Positions 26,252-35,848 of a DNA stretch of 64,000 nucleotides are shown one piece after another. The first letter of the stretch is position 1. Every line of letters starts with the position of its first letter. Under the pieces are notes generated by a model. That model was not told the DNA's origin, searched no databases, and worked only from the letters and a program-made list of their open reading frames with translations. This DNA is from a virus. The stretch spans positions 26,969 through 90,968 of the IMG/VR virus record IMGVR_UViG_3300045988_095676; one strand, written 5' to 3'. A program made the position numbers and the translations under genes.

Positions 26252-26863
26252 ATGAACAATTTTATAATAGATACTCCAGATAATTTCTGGCAAATAAGAT
26301 GGCTTGACAAATATATGGAAGGTCACAAGGGGTTCATAGCTGGTGGATGTTTTAAGAATATCCTTTCCGGAGAAAAAGTAAAAGATATTGATATTTTCTT
26401 TGAAAGCGAAGACGATTTTCAGGAAGCTGTTGATTTGTTCAATGATGAAAAACATCAGAAAGAAGGATGGAAATTTAAGTACAGGAATGAGAAGGTATGT
26501 GCGTTCCATAAAGAGGGAGAAAGGGTATGGATAGAGTTCATAGAGTCAGAGTTCGGAAAGCCTGAAGAGATTCTCAGGAGCTTCGACTTTACTGTGGCAA
26601 AAATGGCTTACTACAAGGAGCCTAAATACGAAGAAGAGGAAGATGATTATTTTCCATTCTCATCTGCAAGTATAGTAGCATACGAGTACAAACTACTCTA
26701 CCATGAGAAATTCTTTGAACATCTTCATATGAAGAGGCTGGTCATTGATGAAAATATTCCTTTTCCAGTAAGCACATGGGAACGCTCATATCGGTATAAA
26801 GGATATGGTTACAATATGTGCCGGGAGACAAAGAAAAACTTCTACAGGCTCTTAAAGGTGTAA
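26252..26863 (+). CDS. minimal nucleotidyltransferase resembling the tRNA CCA-adding enzyme head domain
   Basis: FIAGGCFKNILSGEKVKDIDIFF matches GGxVRDxLLG..DxD (Pol-beta NTase motif A); RSFDFTVAKMA matches the RDFTINA motif B of class II CCA enzymes. Protein is 203 aa. Confidence 0.5.
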   Translation: MNNFIIDTPDNFWQIRWLDKYMEGHKGFIAGGCFKNILSGEKVKDIDIFFESEDDFQEAVDLFNDEKHQKEGWKFKYRNEKVCAFHKEGERVWIEFIESEFGKPEEILRSFDFTVAKMAYYKEPKYEEEEDDYFPFSSASIVAYEYKLLYHEKFFEHLHMKRLVIDENIPFPVSTWERSYRYKGYGYNMCRETKKNFYRLLKV

Positions 26864-26903
26864 ATGTAGAGGAGGAAGATGTTTCTTTGTATGCTACTGG
26901 AGG

Positions 26904-27371
26904 ATGGGATTAACCTATAAAACAAAATTGCTTATGAAAACATTAGAACAACTTAAAGAATTAACATCAAAATGTTTAGACGGTAGAGATTTTAACAGAC
27001 TGGCTAAATTTGTTCCATATAGCATGATAAAGGATTTCGGTATGGAGCCGAATGAAGAATATGACAACGAGGAAAAGTGGAACAGTACTGTAGTTGAATT
27101 TACCAGAGAAAATGTCCTGAAACAGCTTGAAGAAGACGTAAGATTCGGTTTTGAAAAGGCATTAAATCAGAGAGGAATATCAGCCAGTTTGATGTTTGAA
27201 TGTGTGATGATGTGGAACTACATTCTGGAAGAAGGTCTTGAAGGCTGGGGTGAGGATGATTATGCATTTTATGGACTCCCTCTATTTAAAGCTACGGCTG
27301 TAAAATATGGATGGGACAATCCGATAGGGGAAGACAGCGGGAGAGAAAGAAAATATGATTCACAATATTAA
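26904..27371 (+). CDS. hypothetical protein (155 aa)
   Basis: ORF track. Confidence 0.4.
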   Translation: MGLTYKTKLLMKTLEQLKELTSKCLDGRDFNRLAKFVPYSMIKDFGMEPNEEYDNEEKWNSTVVEFTRENVLKQLEEDVRFGFEKALNQRGISASLMFECVMMWNYILEEGLEGWGEDDYAFYGLPLFKATAVKYGWDNPIGEDSGRERKYDSQY

Positions 27372-27382
27372 ATCGGTATATT

Positions 27383-28237
27383 ATGAGCACAAGTAAAGAA
27401 TACAAGGCAGTAAGGAACTATATATTAAATGAACTTCACCTTACCAAAGAAGATATAATCAAAAACATAGAGCTGTTATTAGAGAAACACGTAAAACGGT
27501 ACATGGTTAATACATATGGAGGTGACAACCAGATAGAAAACTGGATCAGATGCATGGTGAATGATGAACTCAAACAAAGAGATCATGATTTTGTAAGAAG
27601 AGCATGCGAGAGCGTCATCAGGGATCATGTATTAAATGAGTTGAATATAATCGTAAGATCCAAAAGTGAGAAATGTACATGTGAAAACAGAGTACCATCC
27701 GAAGAGGATAAGAAAGAGTCAACTGACGGACTGTATATAATCTACAAAGATGGACATGCAGAGCCGTTTACCGGCGATAACTCCAAAGATTGTGTACGAT
27801 ACATTGGGTTGAAGCACAGATACATGTCATTTGCAATCTCACTGACGGAACATGATATCGTACAATTGCTTGACGATGATAGCCGTGAAGAATCCGGAAG
27901 TGGGACATATTACGAACGTGAATGTGATGCGCTGTTTGACATTGACGGACGCGGCAATACGGAACGCCTTGTAGCCAGAAATCCAAAATTGAGAAATCTG
28001 CTGGAAGATGGCGAGTATATACCATCTCTTGGTCAATTAAATTTAATGGCCCATTATATGGACGAACTAAACAAAGCATTCACTTATGTTTCGGCATCTC
28101 CCCTCTCCTCGACGTGGTATTGGTCCAGCACTGAGAGCAGCCAGGCCGTCGCGTGGTACGTGGTCTTCTCCAGTGGCCTCACGGGCACCGGCAACAAGCA
28201 CATCGGAGACATGGTTCGGACGGTAATTGATTTTTAA
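27383..28237 (+). CDS. hypothetical protein (284 aa)
   Basis: ORF track; the 3' end is GC-rich. Confidence 0.45.
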   Translation: MSTSKEYKAVRNYILNELHLTKEDIIKNIELLLEKHVKRYMVNTYGGDNQIENWIRCMVNDELKQRDHDFVRRACESVIRDHVLNELNIIVRSKSEKCTCENRVPSEEDKKESTDGLYIIYKDGHAEPFTGDNSKDCVRYIGLKHRYMSFAISLTEHDIVQLLDDDSREESGSGTYYERECDALFDIDGRGNTERLVARNPKLRNLLEDGEYIPSLGQLNLMAHYMDELNKAFTYVSASPLSSTWYWSSTESSQAVAWYVVFSSGLTGTGNKHIGDMVRTVIDF

Positions 28238-28248
28238 AAAGGATTACA

Positions 28249-29046
28249 ATGATAACATCAGTAAAAATAAAAGACAATACAAAAACTCCATTTGAATATG
28301 TTTCGGATATAGAAGCATTTGAAAATGGCAGAGAATTTATTTTCAAGTCAGGAGTGAATGTAATTATAGGTAAAAACGGTAGTGGAAAGTCAACTTTGCT
28401 TAACATCATATCAATGTATATGTTATGCGAGAAATCCATGTGCTCTGAAATGCCGACCGAGGCACTGGATTTTCCACCTATATTTGATGACGATGATAAG
28501 GTTTTTGATGGGATTGACATATCATCCGATTATGCAGGGAAAGTATTCCGTTTATTGCCATCGGCGGAGATGAATCGAGATAGCGTATTGAAAAACATCA
28601 GCAATTTCGATTTGTATGTGAATAATATTCGAAGATCTTATGGAGAGAAAGTGGTGTTATCATTGGAATCACTCTTCAATTTAATGTTCGGTCAAAAGGA
28701 TTATACATTTCCAATACAAGATCTTGTAGAATACAAGAAAAAATCAAATGCGTTTTGGATTAAAAGAATTGATAACCTGTTGAAGTATTATGGAAGAAAC
28801 CGCATAACATTAACAGAAAGCAGTTTTGAATACACGGTTCTCATGGATGAGCCAGATAGGAATCTTGACATTGACAACGTAATGCAAATTTATAATGTAT
28901 TGTCATTCCATAAACCACAAACGCAAATTATAGCCATAGTACACAATCCGGCATTGATTTACAAGTTAAGCAAATTAGATTGTGTGAATTTCATAGAGAT
29001 GACAGAAGGATATCTAAACAAAATTAGCATATTTGCATCTAATTAA
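28249..29046 (+). CDS. ABC-type ATPase (AAA_21/OLD-like ATPase core, no nuclease domain)
   Basis: Walker A GKNGSGKST; signature-like SYGEKV; Walker B VLMDEPDRNLD; H-loop IIAIVHNP. Confidence 0.6.
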   Translation: MITSVKIKDNTKTPFEYVSDIEAFENGREFIFKSGVNVIIGKNGSGKSTLLNIISMYMLCEKSMCSEMPTEALDFPPIFDDDDKVFDGIDISSDYAGKVFRLLPSAEMNRDSVLKNISNFDLYVNNIRRSYGEKVVLSLESLFNLMFGQKDYTFPIQDLVEYKKKSNAFWIKRIDNLLKYYGRNRITLTESSFEYTVLMDEPDRNLDIDNVMQIYNVLSFHKPQTQIIAIVHNPALIYKLSKLDCVNFIEMTEGYLNKISIFASN

Positions 29047-29087
29047 TTGAAGTAATTATATACCATTTTTTTTATAAACTTATCACA

Positions 29088-29471
29088 ATGAGCTATTTTA
29101 TATTAATGGGAAGAAGAATCCCCAAGCAAGCCATAACAGGCTTCAAATTTCAAAATGAAACAGATAACATTCGTCCTTTCTTGTCAATCAGGATAAGGGG
29201 AAAGGACGAAATTATACCTTTCAAAGATAAAAAGGAGATACAGTCTGTAAAAGCGCATCTGTGTTCTATCTTTTCTGGGTTTGTAAAAATAGGTGACTGG
29301 TATCTCAAGATGTCGGAAGTTAAGGAATATAAGCCGGTGACTGCCGAAGACATGAATCCTTACATCTTATTCAAGACATCTAAGTTCGGAAACATAAAAG
29401 TTCGTTTTCCGAAAGATGAAGATATGGATGCCGAATTATTGGTGTTAGATCAGCTTTTTGATGTAGAATAA
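29088..29471 (+). CDS. hypothetical protein (127 aa)
   Basis: ORF track. Confidence 0.4.
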   Translation: MSYFILMGRRIPKQAITGFKFQNETDNIRPFLSIRIRGKDEIIPFKDKKEIQSVKAHLCSIFSGFVKIGDWYLKMSEVKEYKPVTAEDMNPYILFKTSKFGNIKVRFPKDEDMDAELLVLDQLFDVE

Positions 29472-29486
29472 ACTATTAATCATCTT

Positions 29487-29747
29487 TTGAAAATCATGAC
29501 TTGGAAAGAATTGAAAGACAAAATATCTCTTATGACAGAAGAAGAGCAACGACAAGAAGTTGCAGTATGGGGAGAAAATATGAATCTAATGAAAGATTGT
29601 TCCTTGGAAAAAACAAACGAGGATATGTACTACAACTCTGAATGGGATTATACTCTTGAAGAGAGCGAATTGGAACCGGAAGACAAGAATGACCCTGATG
29701 TACATAAGGTATATGAAGCAGGAATGCATTATATTTATTCGAATTGA
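29487..29747 (+). CDS. hypothetical protein (86 aa)
   Basis: ORF track. Confidence 0.4.
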   Translation: MKIMTWKELKDKISLMTEEEQRQEVAVWGENMNLMKDCSLEKTNEDMYYNSEWDYTLEESELEPEDKNDPDVHKVYEAGMHYIYSN

Positions 29748-30079
29748 TATTAAAACAAACTAAAGATATGAAACCGATATTAAACATAGAAGACATCCAC
29801 AAATTGAAGATGGATGAAAAGTTAATTGAATGTATAGCAGGGAAAGTGAATTATTACAGATTCTTGTGTTTTCATCCGAGAAATTCCAATTTTGTGATTT
29901 TACTAAATCATTGTGAAGAACCTGTACGGTTTTATTATAATAGCCTGATAGACAGATTTTTTACGGATTATACGCAACGTGATATTATCACCTATCGTAA
30001 GGAATACGCCTTAAAGGAAATAAAGGAATTTGAACAAGTATTATCTGAATTAGAAGGTAAGGATAATTTAGAAGATTAA
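29744..30079 (+). CDS. hypothetical protein (111 aa)
   Basis: ORF track. Confidence 0.4.
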   Translation: MILKQTKDMKPILNIEDIHKLKMDEKLIECIAGKVNYYRFLCFHPRNSNFVILLNHCEEPVRFYYNSLIDRFFTDYTQRDIITYRKEYALKEIKEFEQVLSELEGKDNLED

Positions 30080-30103
30080 ATAACAACTAAAAAGAACTAA
30101 GTC

Positions 30104-30304
30104 ATGGATAACGAGTATGTCTACTACAATAAACTAATACCTAAAGAGCCTATTTTTGTGGATGAAATAGAAGCCAGCCTCCCGATGTGGGAAAATAGAC
30201 CGCCAGCATGTAAAGGTTCTTCTTGCAAATCCGGAAGAAGCGAAAAACAGATCAAGAAAGATCGTAAGAAGAAGAAAATGAATAAACGTAATCGTAAAAA
30301 ATAA
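30104..30304 (+). CDS. hypothetical protein with basic tail (66 aa)
   Basis: ORF track. Confidence 0.35.
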   Translation: MDNEYVYYNKLIPKEPIFVDEIEASLPMWENRPPACKGSSCKSGRSEKQIKKDRKKKKMNKRNRKK

Positions 30305-30756
30305 GTGAGCTATGACAGCCGAGAAGTTTAAATCTATTTGCAAAGAGAAAAGAGAAAGGAATAACTTGGAATGATCTTGTCCGCATTAGGGTTATCAAAC
30401 CAAAGAAATTTCTCGGATTCTTTAGGCAATTAACAGGTATAACAATCGAAGGTGCATTCAATAGATGTTCTGCTTGTGTTGAAATAATGACTGATGATGA
30501 CAACGGTGTTTCAATGATGCACTATATTGATTACGAAAATATTATAGGAGTTGAATTAATTAAAAATTAAAAATAATTGAGTGAACAGTTTGCAAAAATC
30601 AGTACGAATGCGTTGTTAGGATTATCAACATCCGCCACATAAGAACCATCTAATCCCGTAAATATCGTGATGCGTTGGTAGTATGTGTACAGATAGCAAG
30701 CAGGCGTTGGGATAAAGCATTTGGCAAACATTCACTCTAAATAAGAAATAGTAGAT

Positions 30757-31212
30757 ATGAATACAGAATTTGAAAACATGGCTTTGCTGAATATAGAAGA
30801 CTACAATGAGCTTAAAGCTAAAGCCGAAGCAACAGATGAGCAGATAAAGAAACAAGCCGAAGAAATGGCTAAGCCTGAAGTTGTCACATTGAAAGTGTGC
30901 TTTGACACATATGGATTATTATACAGGCCAAATACTTGTGTTGATGTTGAAATACCATTCTATGATGATGAAAAAATCAGAGATATGCTTAACAAAGCAA
31001 GTGCTGATATAATGAAATGGTGCGACAAAAATATGGTAAAATACAACAAAGAACTCAAAGAATCCAAATCTACAAAAAAACATTGCGAAGGACTAAGAAA
31101 GCATATCGCAAATCTCGAAAGGCGCCTCTTAAAGCATGCATTGGCAAACGTTATTTTATCTATTATATCAGTTGCGGCTATAATTGCTCTTTTCACATTA
31201 ATTCAAAACTAA
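30757..31212 (+). CDS. coiled-coil protein with C-terminal transmembrane anchor
   Basis: C-terminus ...ALANVILSIISVAAIIALFTLIQN. Confidence 0.45.
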   Translation: MNTEFENMALLNIEDYNELKAKAEATDEQIKKQAEEMAKPEVVTLKVCFDTYGLLYRPNTCVDVEIPFYDDEKIRDMLNKASADIMKWCDKNMVKYNKELKESKSTKKHCEGLRKHIANLERRLLKHALANVILSIISVAAIIALFTLIQN

Positions 31213-31218
31213 ATAGAC

Positions 31219-31479
31219 ATGGAACAAGAATATGCTATTCCTCTTTTTAAAGCTGGTGCAGAGTGGCGCATTAACAGCGTGTGGCATTCTATAACAGTAA
31301 TTCCAGATTGCCACCGTTTTATTGTGTTTCTCCCTAAGAAATCAACAATAGGATCAAAGAATCCAATTATGGGTATATTGGAAGAGAACAAAACTTTTAT
31401 ATCCAGCCGTCCAGGATGTATTTTATGCAGATTAGATGAAATGGAATCATGGGCTTATTTGGATGATCTATTACCTTAG
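31219..31479 (+). CDS. hypothetical protein (86 aa)
   Basis: ORF track. Confidence 0.4.
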   Translation: MEQEYAIPLFKAGAEWRINSVWHSITVIPDCHRFIVFLPKKSTIGSKNPIMGILEENKTFISSRPGCILCRLDEMESWAYLDDLLP

Positions 31480-31512
31480 GTAATTATATACTCAATTTTA
31501 AAAGTTAGAATT

Positions 31513-31761
31513 ATGAAAAAATATTTAACAGACAAAGAAAAAGAGGAAAGAATGAATTACCTTACCATTCATAAATGTAAAAACGAGGATGAACGTAAAG
31601 AGTTAAAAGAATTATGTGATTGGTATTTTAAGGATACTCCTGTGTTAACTATGTCTTTTTCTTTAACAGAAGAAGATCTTCGGGTAACAATGGAAAGGGA
31701 CGTGGAGTTGTCGGCGGTAGCCGGAGCGGTAAAGAATCAACACCATAAGAAGAAAATTTGA
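31513..31761 (+). CDS. hypothetical protein (82 aa)
   Basis: ORF track. Confidence 0.4.
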   Translation: MKKYLTDKEKEERMNYLTIHKCKNEDERKELKELCDWYFKDTPVLTMSFSLTEEDLRVTMERDVELSAVAGAVKNQHHKKKI

Positions 31762-31767
31762 AAGGTT

Positions 31768-31983
31768 ATGACCGACAGAGAACTTCTTGAAGAAAACAAT
31801 AAGATGTTAAAGGAAATTCTAAGTTTTGTGAGAAAAGTTGATTCTGCTGAATACAGGGATCATCAAGACTTTATGGAATTTCTTAGAAATGTAGCAGCCG
31901 ATATATGGGTGGAATATACGGAGCCCGAACAAAGAGGTAGATTGTTTAATTTAATGAATAAAAGAAATGAAAACAGTTTTTGA
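31768..31983 (+). CDS. hypothetical protein (71 aa)
   Basis: ORF track. Confidence 0.35.
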   Translation: MTDRELLEENNKMLKEILSFVRKVDSAEYRDHQDFMEFLRNVAADIWVEYTEPEQRGRLFNLMNKRNENSF

Positions 31984-32635
31984 TTTAAGCAGAGATGAGA
32001 TTGTGGCATTGACAGACGAAGAGATAAGTCTGTATATAGACAAAGAGCTTGCTGGTAAGGGTATTCCAATTGAAGCTAAAAATTGGAATATAAAGAACGA
32101 AAAGGAAGTTGTGTACCCGGATTGCGGGGTTCCGATATTTGTTATTAAAGACATAGGTGTAGGATTTAGAAAGATAGAGGACGCTACAGAGGTGGTGAAT
32201 TTACTGGTCAGGTCCAGGGCTTTTAAGGTGGGTTCAAAGTATTTAAACCGATCTTATGAGAGGTTAAACGTCATAAACGAGGGCGTCGTGCCGGCAGTAG
32301 AGGGTTGCGTAGGATACACCAATGAAGAATTTGAAAGAGTTAACAAAGAAAACAATGATCCTGAATCAGCAAAAATAGGATCATTTAATAAGACAGTAGA
32401 GGAAGCCAACAACATAAGAAGCCGAGTGTTGAAATACGTGGACAAGATAAAACAGGAGCGTGCGTACAACATCGACCTTTGCATGACTTTCGAGAGATAT
32501 ATTGAGATAGCAGATAAAGATGCGGAGCGGGCTATGGCTTTCTTGAAAGAAGCCTACCCGTTTAATGAAGAAACAGAAGTCTTTATCAGGAAAAGATACA
32601 ATATGTCTATCGATGTTAACCCAGAAGAAAATTAA
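31967..32635 (+). CDS. hypothetical protein (222 aa)
   Basis: ORF track. Confidence 0.45.
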   Translation: MKTVFDLSRDEIVALTDEEISLYIDKELAGKGIPIEAKNWNIKNEKEVVYPDCGVPIFVIKDIGVGFRKIEDATEVVNLLVRSRAFKVGSKYLNRSYERLNVINEGVVPAVEGCVGYTNEEFERVNKENNDPESAKIGSFNKTVEEANNIRSRVLKYVDKIKQERAYNIDLCMTFERYIEIADKDAERAMAFLKEAYPFNEETEVFIRKRYNMSIDVNPEEN

Positions 32636-32703
32636 TTTATATTAAATCATTTTGTTTCTTATTAAGCAACAAAAGACATATCTTTGTCCGAAAAATAAGA
32701 AAC

Positions 32704-32964
32704 ATGAAAGAGGAAGAAGAAAAGATTAAAGAGGCTATGACTGAAGCCCTGATACATTTAGAAGGTTGCAAATATTTTGTGGCCACGATAGTAAACGAAG
32801 AAGAATGTAGGTTTGATATGAGTCAGCGTATGTCTCCTCGTCAACTGGCTTTGGTTATAAAAGGTGTATTATCAAATAATAATATGATGATGATGGATGT
32901 ACTACAATGGTGCTCAGCCAGGCTTCAAACAGAAATAGAAAAAGGAAAGAAATCAACTAATTAA
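32704..32964 (+). CDS. hypothetical protein (86 aa)
   Basis: ORF track. Confidence 0.4.
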   Translation: MKEEEEKIKEAMTEALIHLEGCKYFVATIVNEEECRFDMSQRMSPRQLALVIKGVLSNNNMMMMDVLQWCSARLQTEIEKGKKSTN

Positions 32965-32975
32965 ATATTAATACA

Positions 32976-33446
32976 ATGAATCGCTGGTTTGAAATTACGG
33001 TAAAAGCCGAGATTGATAATATCGAGAACGGCAAAAAAAAGAAAGTAACTGAAAAGTATTTAGTGGATGCCTTGTCTTACACAGAGGCAGAATCAAGATC
33101 GTTGGAGATCTTCAAGGATTTGTACAATTCTTTCGAGGTTGTAAAAATTAATCCTATTAAAGTGTCGGAAATCTTCTTCAACGGAGAAGCTGAGTACTGG
33201 TATAAGTGTAAGGTGAATTACATTACACTGGATGAAAAGAAAGGTAAAGAAAAGAAAACTCCATGCTATATGTATATCCAGGCCGGAAATCCTAAGGATG
33301 CCGAAGCTGTGTTGACTAAAGGTATGCAGGGTACGTTAGGAGACTGGAATTGCGAGTCTATTGTGGAAACGAAAATCATTGAAGTGTTTAAATACGATCT
33401 TCAGAAGGGAGCTGAAAAATTAGGCGAGAAGAAGAGTGAAGAGTAA
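32976..33446 (+). CDS. hypothetical protein (156 aa)
   Basis: ORF track. Confidence 0.4.
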   Translation: MNRWFEITVKAEIDNIENGKKKKVTEKYLVDALSYTEAESRSLEIFKDLYNSFEVVKINPIKVSEIFFNGEAEYWYKCKVNYITLDEKKGKEKKTPCYMYIQAGNPKDAEAVLTKGMQGTLGDWNCESIVETKIIEVFKYDLQKGAEKLGEKKSEE

Positions 33447-33675
33447 GGCTGATGTAGTTTCCAACATAGCGCTTGTTGTGGCGATAATATCATTGCTTTC
33501 AGCAGGCGCTTTCCTTCTGATAGTGATTAAGACAGACGAGGTATCTAAATTATTAATGAACGTACCTTATCTACTGGCTTCAGCGGGATTGTTCTTTTCA
33601 ATAATATCATTATTATTCGAATGGAAAGCAAGGAAAAGAAGCTATACGTCTGCGAACGATGTGGACGAAAAGTGA
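33436..33675 (+). CDS. small two-TM membrane protein (79 aa)
   Basis: Two hydrophobic helices, VVSNIALVVAIISLLSAGAFLLIVI and LLASAGLFFSIISLLF. Confidence 0.4.
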   Translation: MKSKADVVSNIALVVAIISLLSAGAFLLIVIKTDEVSKLLMNVPYLLASAGLFFSIISLLFEWKARKRSYTSANDVDEK

Positions 33676-34145
33676 TGATAAGAAGTCATGGCTTATGCCA
33701 GGCTTGCAGGAGCAAAGAGTTGACTCCGAAGAAAAAAAACAGAATTACATCCATTAAAAACAGCAGCAAGAAGAAAAAGTTAGAGAACCCGGATTTATCC
33801 GGGTTTTTTCGTCTTATGTTGGAGGAGTTGAGTACTATTCGAATGTCTATGACTGGTAAAGCTATTCATTTTCCTACAGTATGTAACGTCTGTCACATAC
33901 TTCCGAAAAGGTTATATAAGTCGGTTGCCACTTGCAGGGATAATATAGTTTTCCTTCATGAATCAGAGCATACGGTATTCGACATGTATCTTGACCGGAT
34001 GGAATTTGATAAACTTGAAACAGAATTTCCTTTTGTGTGGAAGTATGCGGTAAAGAAGGTGCTGGATATGGAAAGCAGGGGAATGATTAAAGAAAGAGGT
34101 AGATTAATTATTGAAATAATTGACAGATATGAGAAAACTTTATAA
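33621..34145 (+). CDS. HNH-like endonuclease with N-terminal zinc ribbon
   Basis: CERCG..CQAC ribbon; VCNVCHILPKR...DNIVFLHESEH resembles the H-N-H spacing. Confidence 0.4.
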   Translation: MESKEKKLYVCERCGRKVMIRSHGLCQACRSKELTPKKKNRITSIKNSSKKKKLENPDLSGFFRLMLEELSTIRMSMTGKAIHFPTVCNVCHILPKRLYKSVATCRDNIVFLHESEHTVFDMYLDRMEFDKLETEFPFVWKYAVKKVLDMESRGMIKERGRLIIEIIDRYEKTL

Positions 34146-34305
34146 AATAAGAATAGAAGCTGACGATGAAACTATCTTTTATGCTCACATACAGAGAGAA
34201 AGTTATGGTAAGGATATAGCTATCGCAGTGAAAGATAGAGATAAAGATGAAGTGGAAACAGTGTTACATTGTATTAAAGAAGAATTGATTAGAGGAAGAT
34301 CATGA
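34120..34305 (+). CDS. hypothetical protein (61 aa)
   Basis: ORF track. Confidence 0.3.
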   Translation: MTDMRKLYKIRIEADDETIFYAHIQRESYGKDIAIAVKDRDKDEVETVLHCIKEELIRGRS

Positions 34306-35618
34306 AAGAGAAAATAAAAATATTGACAGATTTAGGATTTGTCCCTATGGTGGAAGGAGAAGGAAATACGTTGTTTAGAATGAACGATGTTGTGATGTCG
34401 GTGTCAGATCCTAACCAAACACCAGAGCAGTTGAAGAAGGAGGTTATGTCTTTAATAAAGAACAGAGACATAGCAGAAAGAGGCGGACAGGTTCCAGTAG
34501 TTGAAGAGCCGGCGCCTGAGACAGAGCAGGCCCAGAAGGAGGAACCGGAAGCTCCGGCGGAGGAAGCCGCTCCTAACCCTGGAGAAGAGGATTCGAATCC
34601 GTTTACAGAAAATCAGGAAACGTTAGAACCGTTTTATATCTGTGATGAGTTAAAGAAGATTGAGACTCCCAAATTCGTAAGATTGACATTAGACGACAAT
34701 CGTTTTTATGTAAGGAAGATGGATGATGGAACGGCCAAGATATATGCTTCGGTAACAACTTTAATCAAAGATGGGTATGTAGATGATAAGACCGCACTTC
34801 AGGAATGGAAGCAAGAGATGAAGATGCTTGGTCGCAATCCGGAAGAGGTGGCACAGTATGAAGCCGACAGGGGAACGATCATGCACTATCTGTACGGATT
34901 GTACCTAACAGGTAGAGATATGGTCTTAAATCGAAGCTTTGTAGTTAAGACAGTGCAAGAAGGCAAGCTGAAAATATCTAAGAAAAATCTTGATCGGTTT
35001 TTTAACAGTATTGATGATCTTGATGATATGATTGTCAGAATTATGAAGTTTGCCAAATTTTGTTCAGAGTATAAGGTTAAGCCGATGATGATTGAAAGAA
35101 TATTGTCATTAGAAGACTATTTAGTAGCTACGCCGATAGATGCGATGGTTAAAATGACATTCAAATACAAAGAAGAAGGTTATTTTGGAGCCGTGTATCA
35201 AAGGGCTACAGGGCAGTTTAAAAAAGGTGATCCGAAGAAGGAGGTAAGAGACGTGGAGAAGGAAGAAGTGGTTATTCTCGACTTTAAATCAGGGGGAATA
35301 TGGGAATCATACGCATTTCAATTAGAAGCTGAAAGAAGAATGGTTAAAGCATGGTATGGGATTGATGCACGTATTATGAACTTTTCTCCAAAAAGCACGA
35401 GCAGCAAAGGATATACGTTGAAAGAATGGACAGAAGACAGTATAGCACTTGAAAAGGCGGACTGCGTGTTCCAACAAGGTATGTTGAATCACCTTAGAAA
35501 AGATAAGAAGTTCAAAGTGAGAAAAGGAGTGCTGAATATCAATAAGCCGTACAATGAAGAGGATCATACGGTCGTGTATGATATTGCAGAGGAAATGTCT
35601 AAAAGATTCATAATATGA
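34302..35618 (+). CDS. PD-(D/E)xK exonuclease (YqaJ / lambda-Exo / Cas4-like core) with an acidic P/E-rich N-terminal linker
   Basis: ATPIDAMV, VVILDFKSGG (D-x-K) and YAFQLEAERR (QxxxY) motifs in the C-terminal half. Confidence 0.5.
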   Translation: MKEKIKILTDLGFVPMVEGEGNTLFRMNDVVMSVSDPNQTPEQLKKEVMSLIKNRDIAERGGQVPVVEEPAPETEQAQKEEPEAPAEEAAPNPGEEDSNPFTENQETLEPFYICDELKKIETPKFVRLTLDDNRFYVRKMDDGTAKIYASVTTLIKDGYVDDKTALQEWKQEMKMLGRNPEEVAQYEADRGTIMHYLYGLYLTGRDMVLNRSFVVKTVQEGKLKISKKNLDRFFNSIDDLDDMIVRIMKFAKFCSEYKVKPMMIERILSLEDYLVATPIDAMVKMTFKYKEEGYFGAVYQRATGQFKKGDPKKEVRDVEKEEVVILDFKSGGIWESYAFQLEAERRMVKAWYGIDARIMNFSPKSTSSKGYTLKEWTEDSIALEKADCVFQQGMLNHLRKDKKFKVRKGVLNINKPYNEEDHTVVYDIAEEMSKRFII

Positions 35619-35848
35619 ACGATATTGTTATTCCTGAAGGAGATTATATAGAAATCGTAAAACCGATATGCATCAATCCTTTTGGTGGTTATTTTATTAA
35701 CATCAAAAGGGGTTCGAGATTAAGATTATCGAAAGATTTGAAAATAGGAGATAAATATGCAATATGTGTACTTGCATCTCATAAGAAATATGGCAAGACC
35801 ATCGAAATAATAATGCCTATATTGGTCAGAAATACAAGAAGAGTATGA
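35615..35848 (+). CDS. hypothetical protein (77 aa)
   Basis: ORF track. Confidence 0.4.
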   Translation: MNDIVIPEGDYIEIVKPICINPFGGYFINIKRGSRLRLSKDLKIGDKYAICVLASHKKYGKTIEIIMPILVRNTRRV

